A DNA stretch of 64,000 nt from Psammoneis japonica (taxonomy: Eukaryota), in NCBI GenBank assembly GCA_008632985.1, contig QPGO01000201.1, forward strand, positions 62,001-126,000. Reading direction: 5' to 3'. Shown here piece by piece: positions 11,201-25,166 of this stretch (position 1 is its first letter; every line of letters starts with the position of its first letter). The notes under the pieces are model-generated. The model had not been told where the DNA came from. It saw nothing but the letters and a program-made list of their open reading frames with translations, and made no database searches. The translations under genes and the position numbers were made by a program.

Positions 11201-14200
11201 CGAACATTTCTGCAGTGGGGCCACATGCAACATTTGACAAACATGGACAAGTGCTGGTGCGAGAATTGTCTCGGATGGAAGGGTCTCGGAATCAGAAACA
11301 TTTGTTGCAGTCCATTGTTGCAAAAGAAGGGCCAGGGAAAATTGTTCCCCTTGTTTGTCCCAAAGCCATGATCTTTCCGTCCTTTTTTTGGCACAGCACT
11401 CCAGACGGCTCTGTGCCTGGAGCCATGCCATGCAATTTGTCAACTGATGACAGGACTTTGCGTCATTGTGGATTTGCTGCCAACAGTGAAATGACCAGGA
11501 CAAGGTCATGCGACAACTCATTGCTGACTTCCACAGATCATCGATGCCATTTCTGTGCTTTTGACGGCAACTTAAATTTGGGTTTGAGAGGACAGGACAC
11601 AAGACTTGTCATTTCTAGAGGATTCAGAGAAATGCAAGGCAGTGGCGGTGCAAGAATTGCAACGGAAGAAGAAAAACGATTGCCATTGTTTGACATGGAT
11701 TCGAATGATTCTCGTGCCACAGTGAACAAGTTGGCGGTGGCGTTGGGTGAAAAAATGGGATCTGTCTTTTTGACCATCACTTGCAATGTGAATGAGCAAT
11801 TTGGAGTTCGTCAAATCAAACGTTGGCTGGACGATGATGCAGCCATGGACAAAGTGATCGAACGTGTGGTTGGGCACAACAGCGGGATTGGGCATTTGGA
11901 ACAGGAGCAGATTAAAAAGGACATTGTTTCAAGCACATGCAATCTGGCTTTGCGTTGTTGGACAAACGCAGTTAATTTGCACCTTGCCTGCATTGTGACA
12001 AGTCCAGAACGTCCGGCGGGAAAAGTGGATTTGAGTTGGTTTGCTCATGAGTTGCAACAAGACAAAGCAAACATGTCTCATTTGCATGGAATGTTGTGGT
12101 TGGCCGAAGATGATGGAGCCATTGAAGGAACACGACGAGTCATTGAACGCACTCAAGGATCCATTTCTTCAACAGTGCACTGTGAAGAGATTCGGCAGTG
12201 CAAGAATGAAGGCATTGTGTCACTGTGTGCTGAACTTGCAAACATCCTAGAGGCGTTGTCTGGGATTTTGCTGCACAAGCACAGTCGTCATTGTTTGGTG
12301 CCAATGAAGAAAACTGTTTTAGAAGGATGCATTCCTGGAGCGACTGCATGTGCAAACAACATTGTCAGCGGACGGAGTCGTTGCAAATCAACAGACAATC
12401 GAATGGTGAGCATAAATCCGTCACGACACACCTTTGCTGAAGTGACAGCAAAACACACAAAAGACGCTTTGACGATTCTGGAAGAAATTGGATTGGTTGA
12501 AATGACAGACTGTGAGAGATTCGCTGAACAAGGGCAAGGGCCTCGAGTTCATTTTGTGGAACAAGGTTTGATGGCAAGACGTCACATTCCTCCCACAGCT
12601 GCAGAAGATGGAACAGTGTCTCCTGTGATGGGCGCGCTGGCTGTGCGAAATCCGAGTTCTGCCAACGCACAACTCTTGGACAGCTTTGGAGTTTCGAGAC
12701 ATGTTGCAGGACATGTGACAGAGGCAGACCAGCGATGCCAAGTGAATTTGCGTCCTGCAAAAGCAACCGAAAAGGAATCTGCAACTGTCTCGTTTGTGGA
12801 AACAGGGAGCACCAAAATTGGCTCGGTTGCTGCAGAAGAAAGAAAACACAGCAAGAGCAAACGCAATCGAGCCGACAGAGATTGTAGACTTTTGATGCAA
12901 CCTGAAGTTTCAACACACAGTTTGGGAATTGCAAGCGTTCAGACCAACATGAAATGGGTTCACATTCCGTCTGTTCCATTGGAAGAGAGACCTGCACTCG
13001 ATCGTTCAAAGCCAATGACAGCTTTTAAAGATTTTGGACTGGCCACGAATGATGTTTCAGGCACATCCGACTCAGACACTGACAAGGTGTTGGCGAATCA
13101 AATGGCTCGAGAAACCGCATTTGTGAATTGTCCCGAATGGCGATTGTTTGCTGAATCTGCAATTGCCATCGTCAAGGATCAAATGTTTTCTCCATTGTCT
13201 GCTGACGGGATCAGCATCTTTGGGTTGCGACCTCCGGAACTGCATTTCGCACAGCACGTTGGAGCGCATTTGCGCTGTTTTGTTCGCGAGACAAAAGCCC
13301 TGGCTAAACCCACAGACATTGACTTGTTAGAAGAGAAATGCAAGGAGGCTTTGTCTCTTGAATGTTCTCTTTGTTCCTGGATTGACGGAACGCATCATGA
13401 GGCAAAGATGCGACTGTGTGCATTGCCATTGATTCTTGACTGTGCAAGAGCAGCTCCCGTTGAAGATTTTGGAAATGACGAAGCAGAAAAGGAATCAGTT
13501 GTTGCTTTTTTCAGTGCTGTTGTGAGCTGCATCTTGTTGACAAGTCTGATGCTGGCATTTGCAACTTTGACGATCTGTCAGACTGGATTTGCTGTCGATC
13601 GTTGTTCTTTGCCGAATTGAACGAATCGCATTGCCATTTCCGTGGTGCAGCAACACAAAGCCAAGTCACGCGCCTCGTTTCTTGTTGCATGCATTGTTGT
13701 CCATGGGATCACACTTGAATGAAGCAGAGCTGATGTCAACAGGATCTTTGCGAAATGCCTTCATCAAGGCACGTTTGTTGGATCTGAGCAATCCCGAAGA
13801 GAGTGCGCGAAAGACAATGAGGCGACATGCAATGGAACAGCTGAGGAAAACGCCAGGAGGGTGTGCTCAATTTGACCGATGTGTTTCTTTGGCATGCAAA
13901 GCTTTGTGTCAAGGGTTGGTTTTGAATCAGATGGCGCAAGACAGTCTTCCTGCATGCTTGCACACACACTTGCGACAGGAAACGAATGACAAAACAGAGA
14001 AACACATGGCAACAATTCAGAAACCTTTGCCATGGCCTTGGTTGAGGAAGGCCGCAAGATCAAGATTGGGAACTTGCCAAACGCCGATGCTCTTGCCAAT
14101 GCTTGATCAACGCCATTGTCACATCCAATGAACTGGATGATGTCAGAAAGAATGACGATCAAAGCGATGCTTCTCATGCTGAACAAAGAAAGGCATTGCG

Positions 14201-16041
14201 TCTCATGAAAGAGGCTGTTGATGATCACATGAATCCATTGTTGGATCATTGTCCAAAATCAACATGCGCCGTTGGTGACCCAGGTTCCGGGAAAACAACT
14301 GTGATGATGATCGGAGCTTTGCATGCCATGTCAAGAGGTTTGTCAGGACTGGCAACCGCATTGCTGCACAAGCGGTCCATCCAGTTGGGAGGCGACAATT
14401 TGCATCATTTCTTGGTGCTTCCTCCCAGGGAAGGAGACACTCCCAACAGAACAGCCAAACTGGCTCTTGCAAAACTGCGTCGTGATCCGTCCAGGATGGA
14501 ATTTGCTCATTGACTGGATTGCATGTGTCTTGATGAACAGGGACAATGGGCTTCTTTTTGCATTTCCGCATTTGACATTGTCCTTTGCCATGTTCGGAAC
14601 TGCAACCGGTTTCTTGGCGGGACACTGTTGATGTTGACAATGGACACATTGCAATTGACACCCATGCACGGATTGCCAATGCTCATGTCACCGCATGTGA
14701 TGACTTCTTTTAACTTTGCAAGGTTGCGAGAGTCTGTGCGAGCACTTGACGATCCGATTTTTGACGGATTCAACAAATGACTCGTCTTCTCCCAAGCAAA
14801 TCAAACAATGACATCAAGAAAGAGTTTTTCGATCTTGGCAAAAAAACATTCACGTTCGCAGACAGTTTTGATGATCGGCAATTCCATCAAATGCAACACA
14901 TGTTTTTGGAAAAAACGAACCAGGAAAAGTGGTGTTGCGGAATGAGGTTCAGAAACTACGACGAGAGAATGAACCAATGACAATTGCAATGGCTGTGGAC
15001 TGCGAAACAACCCTGAACAGAACATGGGCTAAAGCTTCGAAATCAACAACAATGAGATTGGACAACAAAGTCAAACAACCTCATTCGATGCACTTTTTTG
15101 AACAAGCTGCATGTGAAGTTGCCTGCTTCAAGGCAAAGGCTTTCAGCAATTGCCAAAGTGCCGCTCTTTTTGACATTCCCAGTCAGGAAGCTCTTGACGA
15201 ACAACGTCCTGTTGAGGTGCTTGTTGCTCCGCATGATCAACCTGACAGTGATCCAGGGATGGATTCTAGAGAAGACTTGTTGGCTGCAGGGTGGACGGTG
15301 CAGATGATGGGATTGGCGCCGGAACATCAGATTAGACTCGGACAAGGTTGTTTCGGAAAACGAAGACAGTGTGGTTTGAAACCTGGAATTGCAGGATCTT
15401 GCCATGCGGTGATGGGACAGACCTTGTTGGATCTTGTGTCAAAAGCAAATGAAGGAAAAGACAGTCTTTGCAGCACTTGGGAACGCAGACAAGTTGCAGC
15501 CCAATGGACCTGCTTTGCAGGGGATCCGGACAAAACAATGGAAGCATTGTGGAGCACTTTAACAAAAACCGATCAATGCATGCTGTGCACTTGTCGCTTG
15601 CCAGAGGCCATGTTGGCGGTTCAAGACAACGCGCCAATGCAAACAAACTCCGATGATCAACCTGCTCCGACACCGTTCGAGATGCCGAAGTGCCACCCTT
15701 GTCGACCAAAAGACATCGCGCTTCCCCAAGCAGAAAGTCCTTGTGCCTGTCTCCTTGTGTCTGTTCAAAGCCCTGAAATGACCTGCGTTGGACAAACCAA
15801 GGATCTTGGCAAAAGGATCATGCAACACAACAGTGGGTGCGGATCTTCCTCTGCTTGCTCTCACCTGCTTCGGCCATGGGGCATGTTGGCGCACGCAGTG
15901 GGATTTCACGATGACCCGCGAAGCAGACGTTTGTTCGAAAGACAATGGAAGTTGCTCCGAGCTCAAGAAAAACAGAGACTGCGAAGACCCTTGGAACCTC
16001 AAGAAACAGCTGATTTGGCACATCGCATCATCGCCTCTTGA
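8220..16041 (+). pseudogene. Disrupted ~2500-aa Rep/helicase/nuclease polyprotein of the Helitron-like element
   Basis: Successive + strand ORF pieces. Rep motif 1 VFLTITCN (11764), motif 2 HELQQDKANMSHLHGMLW (~12046), motif 3 RHVAGHV from YxxxY (~12700). Walker A GDPGSGKTT (14274), LDEQG, FLGGTLLMLTMDTLQLTP, CHAVMGQTL. GIY-YIG-like ACLLVS..TCVGQTKDLGKRIMQHNSG..RPW (~15745-15880). Confidence 0.8.
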
Positions 16042-19000
16042 AAACAAAACAATCCCAAAGAAACACTGTTGCATGTCCAGGCCGGACGCATTCAACGTCG
16101 TTGCAACAAAGCCACAACAATGAACTGAAACCCAATTTTGTCACTTGACTCATTGAATTGCATGTCATTGCAACGTGTGCAATGTGCAACAAAAACATTT
16201 GTGTTTCGTGCACTGGAGCAGGGCCATCAGGCATCTTCACAATGAATCTTGTGGACCAATTTACTTGATCATTGTCATGGTCTTCCACTTTGGCACAACG
16301 GAAGCTGGCGCAATGCCCTTCGTCAGCAAAATCCAGCATTTCATCAAATGCATCGGCGGTGCCTTGCACACATTCCACGAACTTGATGACGCAGGCACGA
16401 CGAGTCCGTTCCACTGAGGTCTTCGAATGAGGACCAACCAAACGGTCCACAATCCAACCGCTCACAATCACGTAAAAAACCCCATTCTGACAAGTCCACT
16501 TTCCATGAGACTTCACTTCAACAATCTCGGTCAAAGAATGTTGCTGACCACGAGTCGAGAATGTTTCCATGCTTGTCTCGAAGCAATCCGAAGCGCACCT
16601 CACTGCACTCATCATGGTGGACTGAGCATTCCAAGTGGGCCACATGTCCTGCTTGTCCATGCCATGTGGGACAATCGACTCGGGATTTTTCATTCAGCAA
16701 CAATCTGTCTGTGAACATCAGTTGGAGATTTCCGTTTCGAGTGCCGGCCATGTGCTCTTTTGGACACGGCTTTCACACCTGTCTAAGTCGTGACATTGTC
16801 GGTTGCACATCATGCCCTGCAGCTTTGCATCAAAGGCAAACATTTCCCAGCATTTTGCAGTCTTGCACGCATTCATTGCACGCACCTTTACATTTTCCAT
16901 GACATTTTCATCATCATGTGTGGAAAACATCGGCGCAGCAGCGGTCATGTGCCTCATCAGACTGCGTGGCCACAACTGAACAGCGTTCTCATGCAACTCC
17001 TTTCCAGCAAAGTGAGATCATCTCCACAATTCCACCCACACAGGCAGCAGAGTTTGGATTTCTTCAAATGGCATCATTCCAGAATCTGCCCTGTTTCCAT
17101 CACCTGCGTCGATCACAAGTTGATGCAAATCCGCTGCATCCCGTCTGTCACACTCATCCGCTGTTAGACTGGTTTTGCCACTCATCAACCAGAGCATGAG
17201 TTCATCTCTGGCACACATGAAACTTGTCGCTGCAGGTTGGAGATTGTCCGGGTGATCATTTGGATCACTTGGAATGTCGGTCAATGCTGACGAAGGTGCT
17301 CTGTCAAGCTGAGGAAACACGGCCAACAATCACAAGGCCGTTCATCTTCAACAGGAACAAACCATGCGTGGCTTGGATGATCTTCATGGTTCATTGTTGC
17401 CGACATTTCTTGCTGGTTTTCAGTCACTGTCTTCGTGTTGCCATCAAAGTCACTTTCAAACAGATTCCATGTGCCTGCAGTGCATTTCTTGCGCACAAAG
17501 AGGCACGTGCGTCACTGTCATGTTCTTGTTGGTGCAGCAACACAGTCTGTCTCGCATCTCGTCGACCAATCAGAAAACGTGGCCTGTGATTTCAGACATT
17601 TCCGTCCCCATTTTAATCCAGTTGTTCATGGATGATGCACGTGTCCAATTGTGAGCCAATCACATGTTCAAACAAATGAAAGAGCAGTCAACAAATTCCC
17701 TGTTGACAGAAAACACAATCATTTGTGCATTTAATGCAGTCTTGTCAATCTGCAAAATGCATGATTGCAATTCTCACAACCTGTTGTTCAAGCAGCGTTC
17801 CGTGCTGTGCTTGCAAGTTTGAGCAAGTTTGAGCAGTCCCTGTCCTCACAGCATCCAATTCTGTTTCCGTTCCATCATAAAAAACTTTGTTGCTTGGCAT
17901 CAAAAACGAAATGTGCAAAGTCAACAATTGACTCTCAACCTTCTCCGACACATTGGACGCATCAGCCATTTCACCACGTTTGTGCCAGCCTGTTGCAGTC
18001 CAACCGTCCTTGTCATTTGCATGATTTGCCATGCTTTTGCACGCAGCACGCATGTCATGAAATTTGGCATTGATTTTGTCCTGTGGCATTTCTGCAAAGA
18101 GGTTGATGTTTTTAAAAAAAGCTGTGCAGTGCGCAATGACCTTGCTCTCAAAACGTCGCTCTTTTTGGCATTGCTGAAAGCAATCGGAACCTCAACAGTC
18201 AAATCATGCTGTGCAACAACTGGGTTGACGTCTCCTGTGTGAACGCAGCCGCATGACACATTCTTCTCCAACACTTGCGTCCTGTCACAAAAATGTCTGG
18301 AACAAGAAACGTTTCCAAACACAAGCTCAAAGCGAGACATCGAAATTTTTTGATTGTGCACAACAAAGAAATGCTGATCACCTCCTCTTTTGGGATTTGT
18401 CAACTGCACAGTCGGACTGTGTCTGATGGGTTCAGTTCCGCAGTGCACAATTTCAACGGAACCAAAGGCTTCTGGTGCTGATGACAGGAATGGCATTTTC
18501 GTGCAATCGTTTGAAGGACTTTTCCGGCTCTGCCACAAGGAAAGTTGCCCCAATCCCAATGATTTCTTTGCAATGTTCCAACAACAGATGAGTTTCCGTT
18601 GACGTTTGTGTCATGATGCAAAAAACGTGAGGCGCATCTGTCAAATCCCCAAACATGAACAAGCAATTGCAGCTTGCATTCACACCAATGCGACGCCATT
18701 TGTTTCCATGTTGTTTCCCGCACCACCTGCAACATTGCGCACACTGTTGTGCCATGCTTTGCGTGATGCATTTGAAGAGGTCCCATGCTTTGTGGACAAC
18801 AACACGCATTTGACAACCTTCCCTTCTAAAAAATCGTTTGTGACACCGGAACTGTCTTTGCATTTCGAAGCTGAAATGATTTTTGTCGCGTTTTCTTTAA
18901 ACCAATGGTTTGGTGTTCCATCCTGCATTGTCGACAAATTCACGACATTGGAGCTGGGATTGCGATTTACATTTTCGGCAACGTTGTTTCCACTTGCCAT
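16028..19000 (-). pseudogene. Broken cargo ORF(s) of unknown function within the Helitron-like element
   Basis: Consecutive protein-like minus-strand fragments (e.g. HFCDRTQVLEKNVSCGC, GWTATGWHKRG) interrupted by frameshifts and stops. No family recognised. Confidence 0.4.
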
Positions 19001-20879
19001 GGTTTTGGTTGTTTTCTTGTGCTTTTTGAGAACACTTTCCTTCCACAGACTTGTCACAAAATCAGACAGGATTCTCACATTGCAGCGAACATGTCAGAAA
19101 TGAGAACAGCGTCAGTTGACACAGCTCAGCTTTGCATGTGACAATGTGACACCTTGTGTCATCGACATTGTGTTGATGTTTGAACAATTGTTTTGGTGCG
19201 ACCGTTAAAATCTCGTTGGTGGCATTGCATTTGTGAGAAGCCTCTGATCATGTTTTTGTGACAAAGAACACATCATTTTGTGCAACTTCCCATTCCCTGC
19301 TCGTCCTGTCTTTGTTTCTCTCTCTCTCTTTCAATCTCTCTTTTTTGGCTTCTCTCGCCCTCACTTTTTGCCTGTGTCCTTTGTGTTTTCACTTTCTCAT
19401 CCAACGTGACAACACAAACATGGCCACTCCTCCAAAACGATCTGCAACAGTTGTGACAAATGACCCACCCAATCCCGTGACTCCGACTGAAACTCGACGC
19501 ACAGGTCCCAAATCAGCGCGCAAGACCAACGTCACTCCCTTTGCTTGTTCAGGACACAAACAACTGCACATTGAACAAGTTCAAGGAAACATCGAACTTG
19601 CAACATGTGAACTTGACCCTGCCAGAGATGGATTCCATCCACCGATTTGACAAGGCATTGACAATGGAGATGCAAACTTAAAGAAATGGGGCATCGTTGC
19701 GTTGGCCACTCGATGAACATCACCAATGGATTCTTCGATTCTGCACAATGCACCTTCACTTTCTGCTTCCACATCATGGTCTTCTCTTCAAAACAGAACC
19801 AGCGAAAACTGCCCACGACAACACATTGTAAGATCTGTTGAAGAATCCAACAAAGCAAGCCAAAAACAAGTTCTTTCACATTTGCAAACTCATCTTGACA
19901 ATCACACCACCACCACCAGCAACAACAAAAACAACAGATCTTCCACAGCAAATCGCTGCATGGCACCACCCATTGTGGTCAAACTCCTCACAATGCAGAA
20001 CTTGCAAAATTGGACGAACGAGTGGCACCAGGTCACGTCATCACCATGATCTGCCACTTGTGTGCTCACGCAAACACGAATTGGGCAAAAGAAAATCCCA
20101 AAGAAGCAACTCCATTCTTCACCAAACCGTGTCCTGAAGCCGCGCGCCAAACACTGGGGACAAAAATTGATCTTGTCATGCAACAAACAGTGAATCCGTC
20201 CCGGCGAGAGAAGCGAGCCGGGACCTTTTCCCAGCGGTGGTGTCCAGTTTCACACTCTCCTTGCACAAGCATCCGCACTCATCCCATCAATTCACAAACT
20301 TGGCAATGCATTCATTCATTCCATTAAAATGACTGCATTTGAGCTTCCTGATTGGCATTTGGTTGACGTTGACTCCTTCATGATTGGTTTAAAATCATGT
20401 CCCGTCATTGCAAAACAACACCCGCACTGTTTCAAACACATGGCACAAGCTCATTGCCCCCACCACGGATTAAAGCTGCCACGCATTTTAGTCAGATGTC
20501 AAAACAACCACTCCATTCAGTCAAAGCAACCCAGGCACAGAATCAACTTGGCTTCTTCATTGGACTCAACACAGTGAAAGACGGAGCTGTGTCTAAAGTG
20601 GTTTGCTGCCGATGCCTGTTGCACTCATCTGTGTTGAACTGCATGTGGTGCTGGCGATGGTTGACAGCAACACCATGACCAATGAACCAATGCATTGTGC
20701 ACAAATGCACCACATTGCGCTTCGGCATCGGGAATGGCACACCCATGCGGAAAATGAACATTTCCATCTGCATCTGTCCAAAGAAATTCCACCTTGAAAG
20801 AAGGGTCATGTTTTTGGTTCTGGGACAAACAGCCCGCATCACCTTGCCAAAAAGAACCCATTTCCCTTCTGCACAAAGC

Positions 20880-23746
20880 ATGTGACGACACTTGTGCTTC
20901 TGCGGAGTGCAAAACACATGAGTGAACATCTGCAAATGGTTTTTGATGAAGGTGAGAAACTCTGCCTTCCGGAGAGACCGACCTTTGGCGCATGCAAACT
21001 GCTCCATGGACGTGGTGTCAACATGCTCCTTTCTGCAATTCTTGGCTTCTTGCACGAGATTGTCGAACTGTCTTTCCATTGAAAGCACGCTGCCGTCATC
21101 GTCGCAACAAGAATCACCGCCGCATGCATGAAACCAAGAATGTGGACCAAACCCAGGGCTTTCCGAAACAAACGCCTCGAGAGCACATGGACATGGAACC
21201 AACCCAGTCAACGCACTCATCCGCATGAAATCCATGGTTGACAAGTGACCAAATCCGTGCATCGTCTTGCTCTTGCTCACATTTGTGCACACCGTCTTGG
21301 CACCAGGCCGAATCAACTTTGTGTTTGCCCAAAGATGCTCCAACTGAGTCTTTGCATGTTCACCCATTTGCAACACTTTCACTTTGTCATCAATGGATTG
21401 CACCAGCGGAGCCACGCCGGCTCTGCATCGAGCACCCACAAGACACTTCGGTCTCACATCCTTGCCCTTCCTTGGGACTGGCCTGTCCAAAGGCATTTCC
21501 TCTCCGAACGTGATGCAACACAACTCCGCACCACACAACATGTGCAGGTTCCTCTCTGTCGCAATTGCCTCCAAAAAAGTCATCCCACCACTTTGAAGCC
21601 CGTTGTTCATGAACTTCCACAATGTGCGAACTGGTGTCCACTGTCCGTGACAATCACGGCACACAAACAACTCCAAATGAACGACATCTTTGCTTGTGAC
21701 AATGACACTCAATGGACACACTCCCAACCAATGCAAAAACCCAAATGGCATGTCTGGCATGCACCCACACCAAAACATTCTTGTGGTTCGCTCCAGCAAT
21801 TCCGAACCACACATTTTTGTGCCACCGATCCCTGGATCAGCAAAAGGCTTTCGTGTCTTGTGCCAGTCATGGAATCTTTGCTCCATTTCTGCATTCGGAC
21901 AATTCTTCACTGGGTCCACATCTTGCCAATCCGGATCATCAAAAGCATCCAACACTTGCTTCAACAACAAACTGGCGCTCTTCTCTTTTGCCAATGACTT
22001 GAGACGTGCAGTGAGACACTGCAAACCACAGATGTGATGCCAATGTTGACGAACCTTCCCTTCAAGCCCTTGCTTTCAAAAAGCTGCCTCTTTTCCTTGG
22101 CCATTGATGCATGTCCAACAACGTGTTCAACCCTGTCAACATGCTCTCCGATTCTTCAGATGAGTTTCCATTGTTGAGATGAAGATTCGTGCACCACGAA
22201 GCGCGAACCTGCACTGCCGAATGGACCATGTTTCTTGCATGCCTTGGATTTGGCGCAGCCCTGAATTTCTCCAAAAGCATGTCTCTTTCTTCTGAGATGG
22301 GAAAGCAGTTCGCATCATTGCCAAGGTGCACAACATCCACCACAAAATCCCGGATCGAGACAGCCATTTCTCCGACAAGCTGCAAAAACTCGGTCTTGTG
22401 CTTTTTCACAGATGCCCCCAAACCCGCAAGCATCAACCCTCGAAGCTCACACATCACCTGAGCTTGTTGACGACTCAATCCAAAATTTTCTCGAAGCAAG
22501 TTCCTTTCTTTGCAATGCGCAAAATTGGCCATCACTGCTTCGGTGTGCATCCAAAACAATTCAAACACTTTCTTGCGTGTCTCTTCCAACCTCGGATGGT
22601 CATTCATTGCAATCAGTGCCATCGGATCTGCATCATTCGCCATGTGGTTCGAATCATTTTTCATTGCCGTGACCTTCACATTGAACGATTCTCTCATTGT
22701 CTCCGCCATTTCCATCGGACACGCTCCGTGACACCAACGTCCAATCTTGGTGATGACGCCATTTGGCATTTGGCTCGTTGAATGAAGACCACCATGGCCA
22801 TGTGCTTTTCCCTGACTTCCTTTCTCTCCAGGCAACACTTGTCATGATGCACAAAGTGGGTTGACGTGCGAATCTCAGGAACAAAGACAACCAATGCCCA
22901 CTCACATGCTTCTTCCAAGCCACCGATTCTTTCCTTGGCAAGTGCCTCTTCTACATTTGCAATCTTTTCCCACCAAATCTTGTTGGCAACCGTTGCATTG
23001 ACCCGTTTCTTTTTCTTTTCTTTCTCTTTGCGACGGCTTTCTCTTTTGATCCTTTTTTGTTCGAGAACTTTCTTCCTTTCGATTTCCTTTTCCTCATTCT
23101 CCGCAATCCACGTTTCATCGTCATCTCCTTCATTGTCGTCCACAAAATCAAACGTGCCGACTTCTGTCCTTGCTTCTGTCTTGCGTTGCACCTTTGCACC
23201 ACAGCACATGCAACATGTCTTTGCTCCGTCCACACCGTGCGGCTGCTTCACAAAACACTTCCCACACTTCCAGGTTTTTCCTTCGCCTTTTTCAGCACTG
23301 CTCCCTGTCACATTCTTCACGTCAATTCCTTTTTTGAACGCACTTTCCATTCTCTTAATTTGCATTTTGGTCCTTAACTTCTTCCTCTTCGAGGCAATGT
23401 CTTGCCAATGTTCACGCATCTTGAACTTTGCTCTGGCATGTTTCGACATTTGTCTCGGATCAAATGCAGGCAAAGCCGACTGCACTCCAAACACAACAGG
23501 TTTGTTCCATCCTTCTGCAAACATTTGAACTCCCTCATGCAATGATGCCCCATCATTCTGAACAGGACACGGCAAAATGGGCATCACTGGAATCGGAGCT
23601 GATGGCAATGCCTTCCTTTCTTCCCGCTCGCTGTCTCTCTTTTGCCTCTTTTTCGTTCTCCCAATCTCTTCCTCATTTTTCCTTCTCTCCCTTCCTCTCT
23701 TCTTGTCCTTCTCTCCCTCGTTTCGTCCATCCCTGTTGTTCTCCAT
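20880..23746 (-). pseudogene. Broken large cargo ORF (charged N terminus, CxxC-CxxC finger, possible base-modification domains)
   Basis: Tiled minus-strand ORFs 22694-23746, 22062-22838 and 20543-22024, with WKCGKC...CCMCCG, TNLHL(N)NGN and MHGFGHLS. Confidence 0.45.
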
Positions 23747-25166
23747 CGCGTCATCGTCAGGAACACTGCCACAAATTTGTTTTGAGGAACACTCCAGTGC
23801 TTTGCTTTTTCACATGTTCAAAACACACCAAAACTTCCCTCCATTATTTTCACGATTACTTGCACGTGCACATTGTTCATTGTGACACCCCACACTTAAA
23901 TGCTTTTGTCATGACACTCTACCACTATGAAAAAAAACATATCTGCTATATTCTTAATGTCTTTTCTACACGGGTCCTATTTGAAAGTCCCCTTTCCCAA
24001 CATTTTTCTCCCCTTGCTAATTTTTTTTCGGCCAACTGCACCGCTTTACGTACACCGCCCTTCCTTTTTTCCCCCCTTTCGTCACTTTCACTGACACATC
24101 GACATCACCTTATAACCGTCTCCTGCACCACCACCAATCAAAAATCATCACCTGTGATTCCGGACATTTCTTTCTTCTCCGTCATCTCCCCCCCGTCCAT
24201 CCGCCAACCCCGTCTTGCCTCTTGCCCTCCATACGATACGGCCGAATAAGTCTGCGCGCAACTTGGCACTCCGGCGATAGGACTAGACGCATCCCCCTGT
24301 GCCCTCTATTAGCTACTAGAGAGGATTATGACGGCTACATCTAATGTCATTCATGCCGGAGAAAAAGGATGATCACTCTAAACTTGTTGGCATGAAAACA
24401 TTGCAACGACGAATCCACAGCTTCAAATTGCCTGGAAACAAGTCGCTGAATCGGATGTTGCGTGCTCATTGCTCTACAACTGCTGTTGAACACCTGAGGA
24501 CAGCATCATAGCTCCATCACGGGTTCGTCTCATCCGCACTTTCGATGAAGCTGCAACTACAACGCGAGACAAGATGCAGTTGGGAAGTATACTGGGCGAA
24601 ATGAGAATTCTTTCTCTGATTGAAGCACCATTTGTCGAACACAGGAGAGTAAGCTGTAACAACGTATCCCATCGTCCCGCCATCTTTTCATTTCGTATGA
24701 CTCTACATTCCTCTGTAGTCTACCCGACATGGTCACGGCGAGAACAAATCATCCACACGCAAACATGACTTAAACAAGCGTGAAAACCTGGCATTGCCAT
24801 CCCTCTGTATCCCGCGAAAAGAAGAGTCCTTATAAGGACCCTATCTTCAAGACATCGAACGATGCAAGTGCCAATTCCAAGACCAGACGGATTGACCGGC
24901 GTAACCCAGCATACTGTACCTGGTAGCGGTTTCGGCAGTGTAGTATTGTTTGGACTAGTAGACACATTGCTACACCTGCAATGGCACGGAGAGCAAATAG
25001 GTTGTACATGAGCAAGAAGTCCATACTTCTTGACGCCATTTTCTGATGACTCGTCTTCAAGCAGCATTTCATATACACGCAAGTACGTCGTAGAACCAAA
25101 GCTTCCGCTACTGCGGGGCACCTTGTGCCTCTATTTGTTCTTTCGTGTGTTTCTCTGTCAGCCGAC

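Larger units (their letters stand above)
6420..24300 (+). mobile_element. Giant degenerate Helitron-like element (Rep-Pif1 helicase-GIY-YIG plus cargo ORFs); boundaries approximate
   Basis: Continuous TpA-depleted block between unmutated flanks, containing HUH Rep motifs, SF1/Pif1 helicase motifs, a GIY-YIG remnant, a histone H3-like gene and further broken ORFs. Termini are not resolved. Confidence 0.7.

Noticed and set aside
6415..24298. Possible terminal inverted repeat aggggattgg...atccccct bounding the giant element
   Set aside because: Only about 11/18 identity and no TSD, which is compatible with chance.
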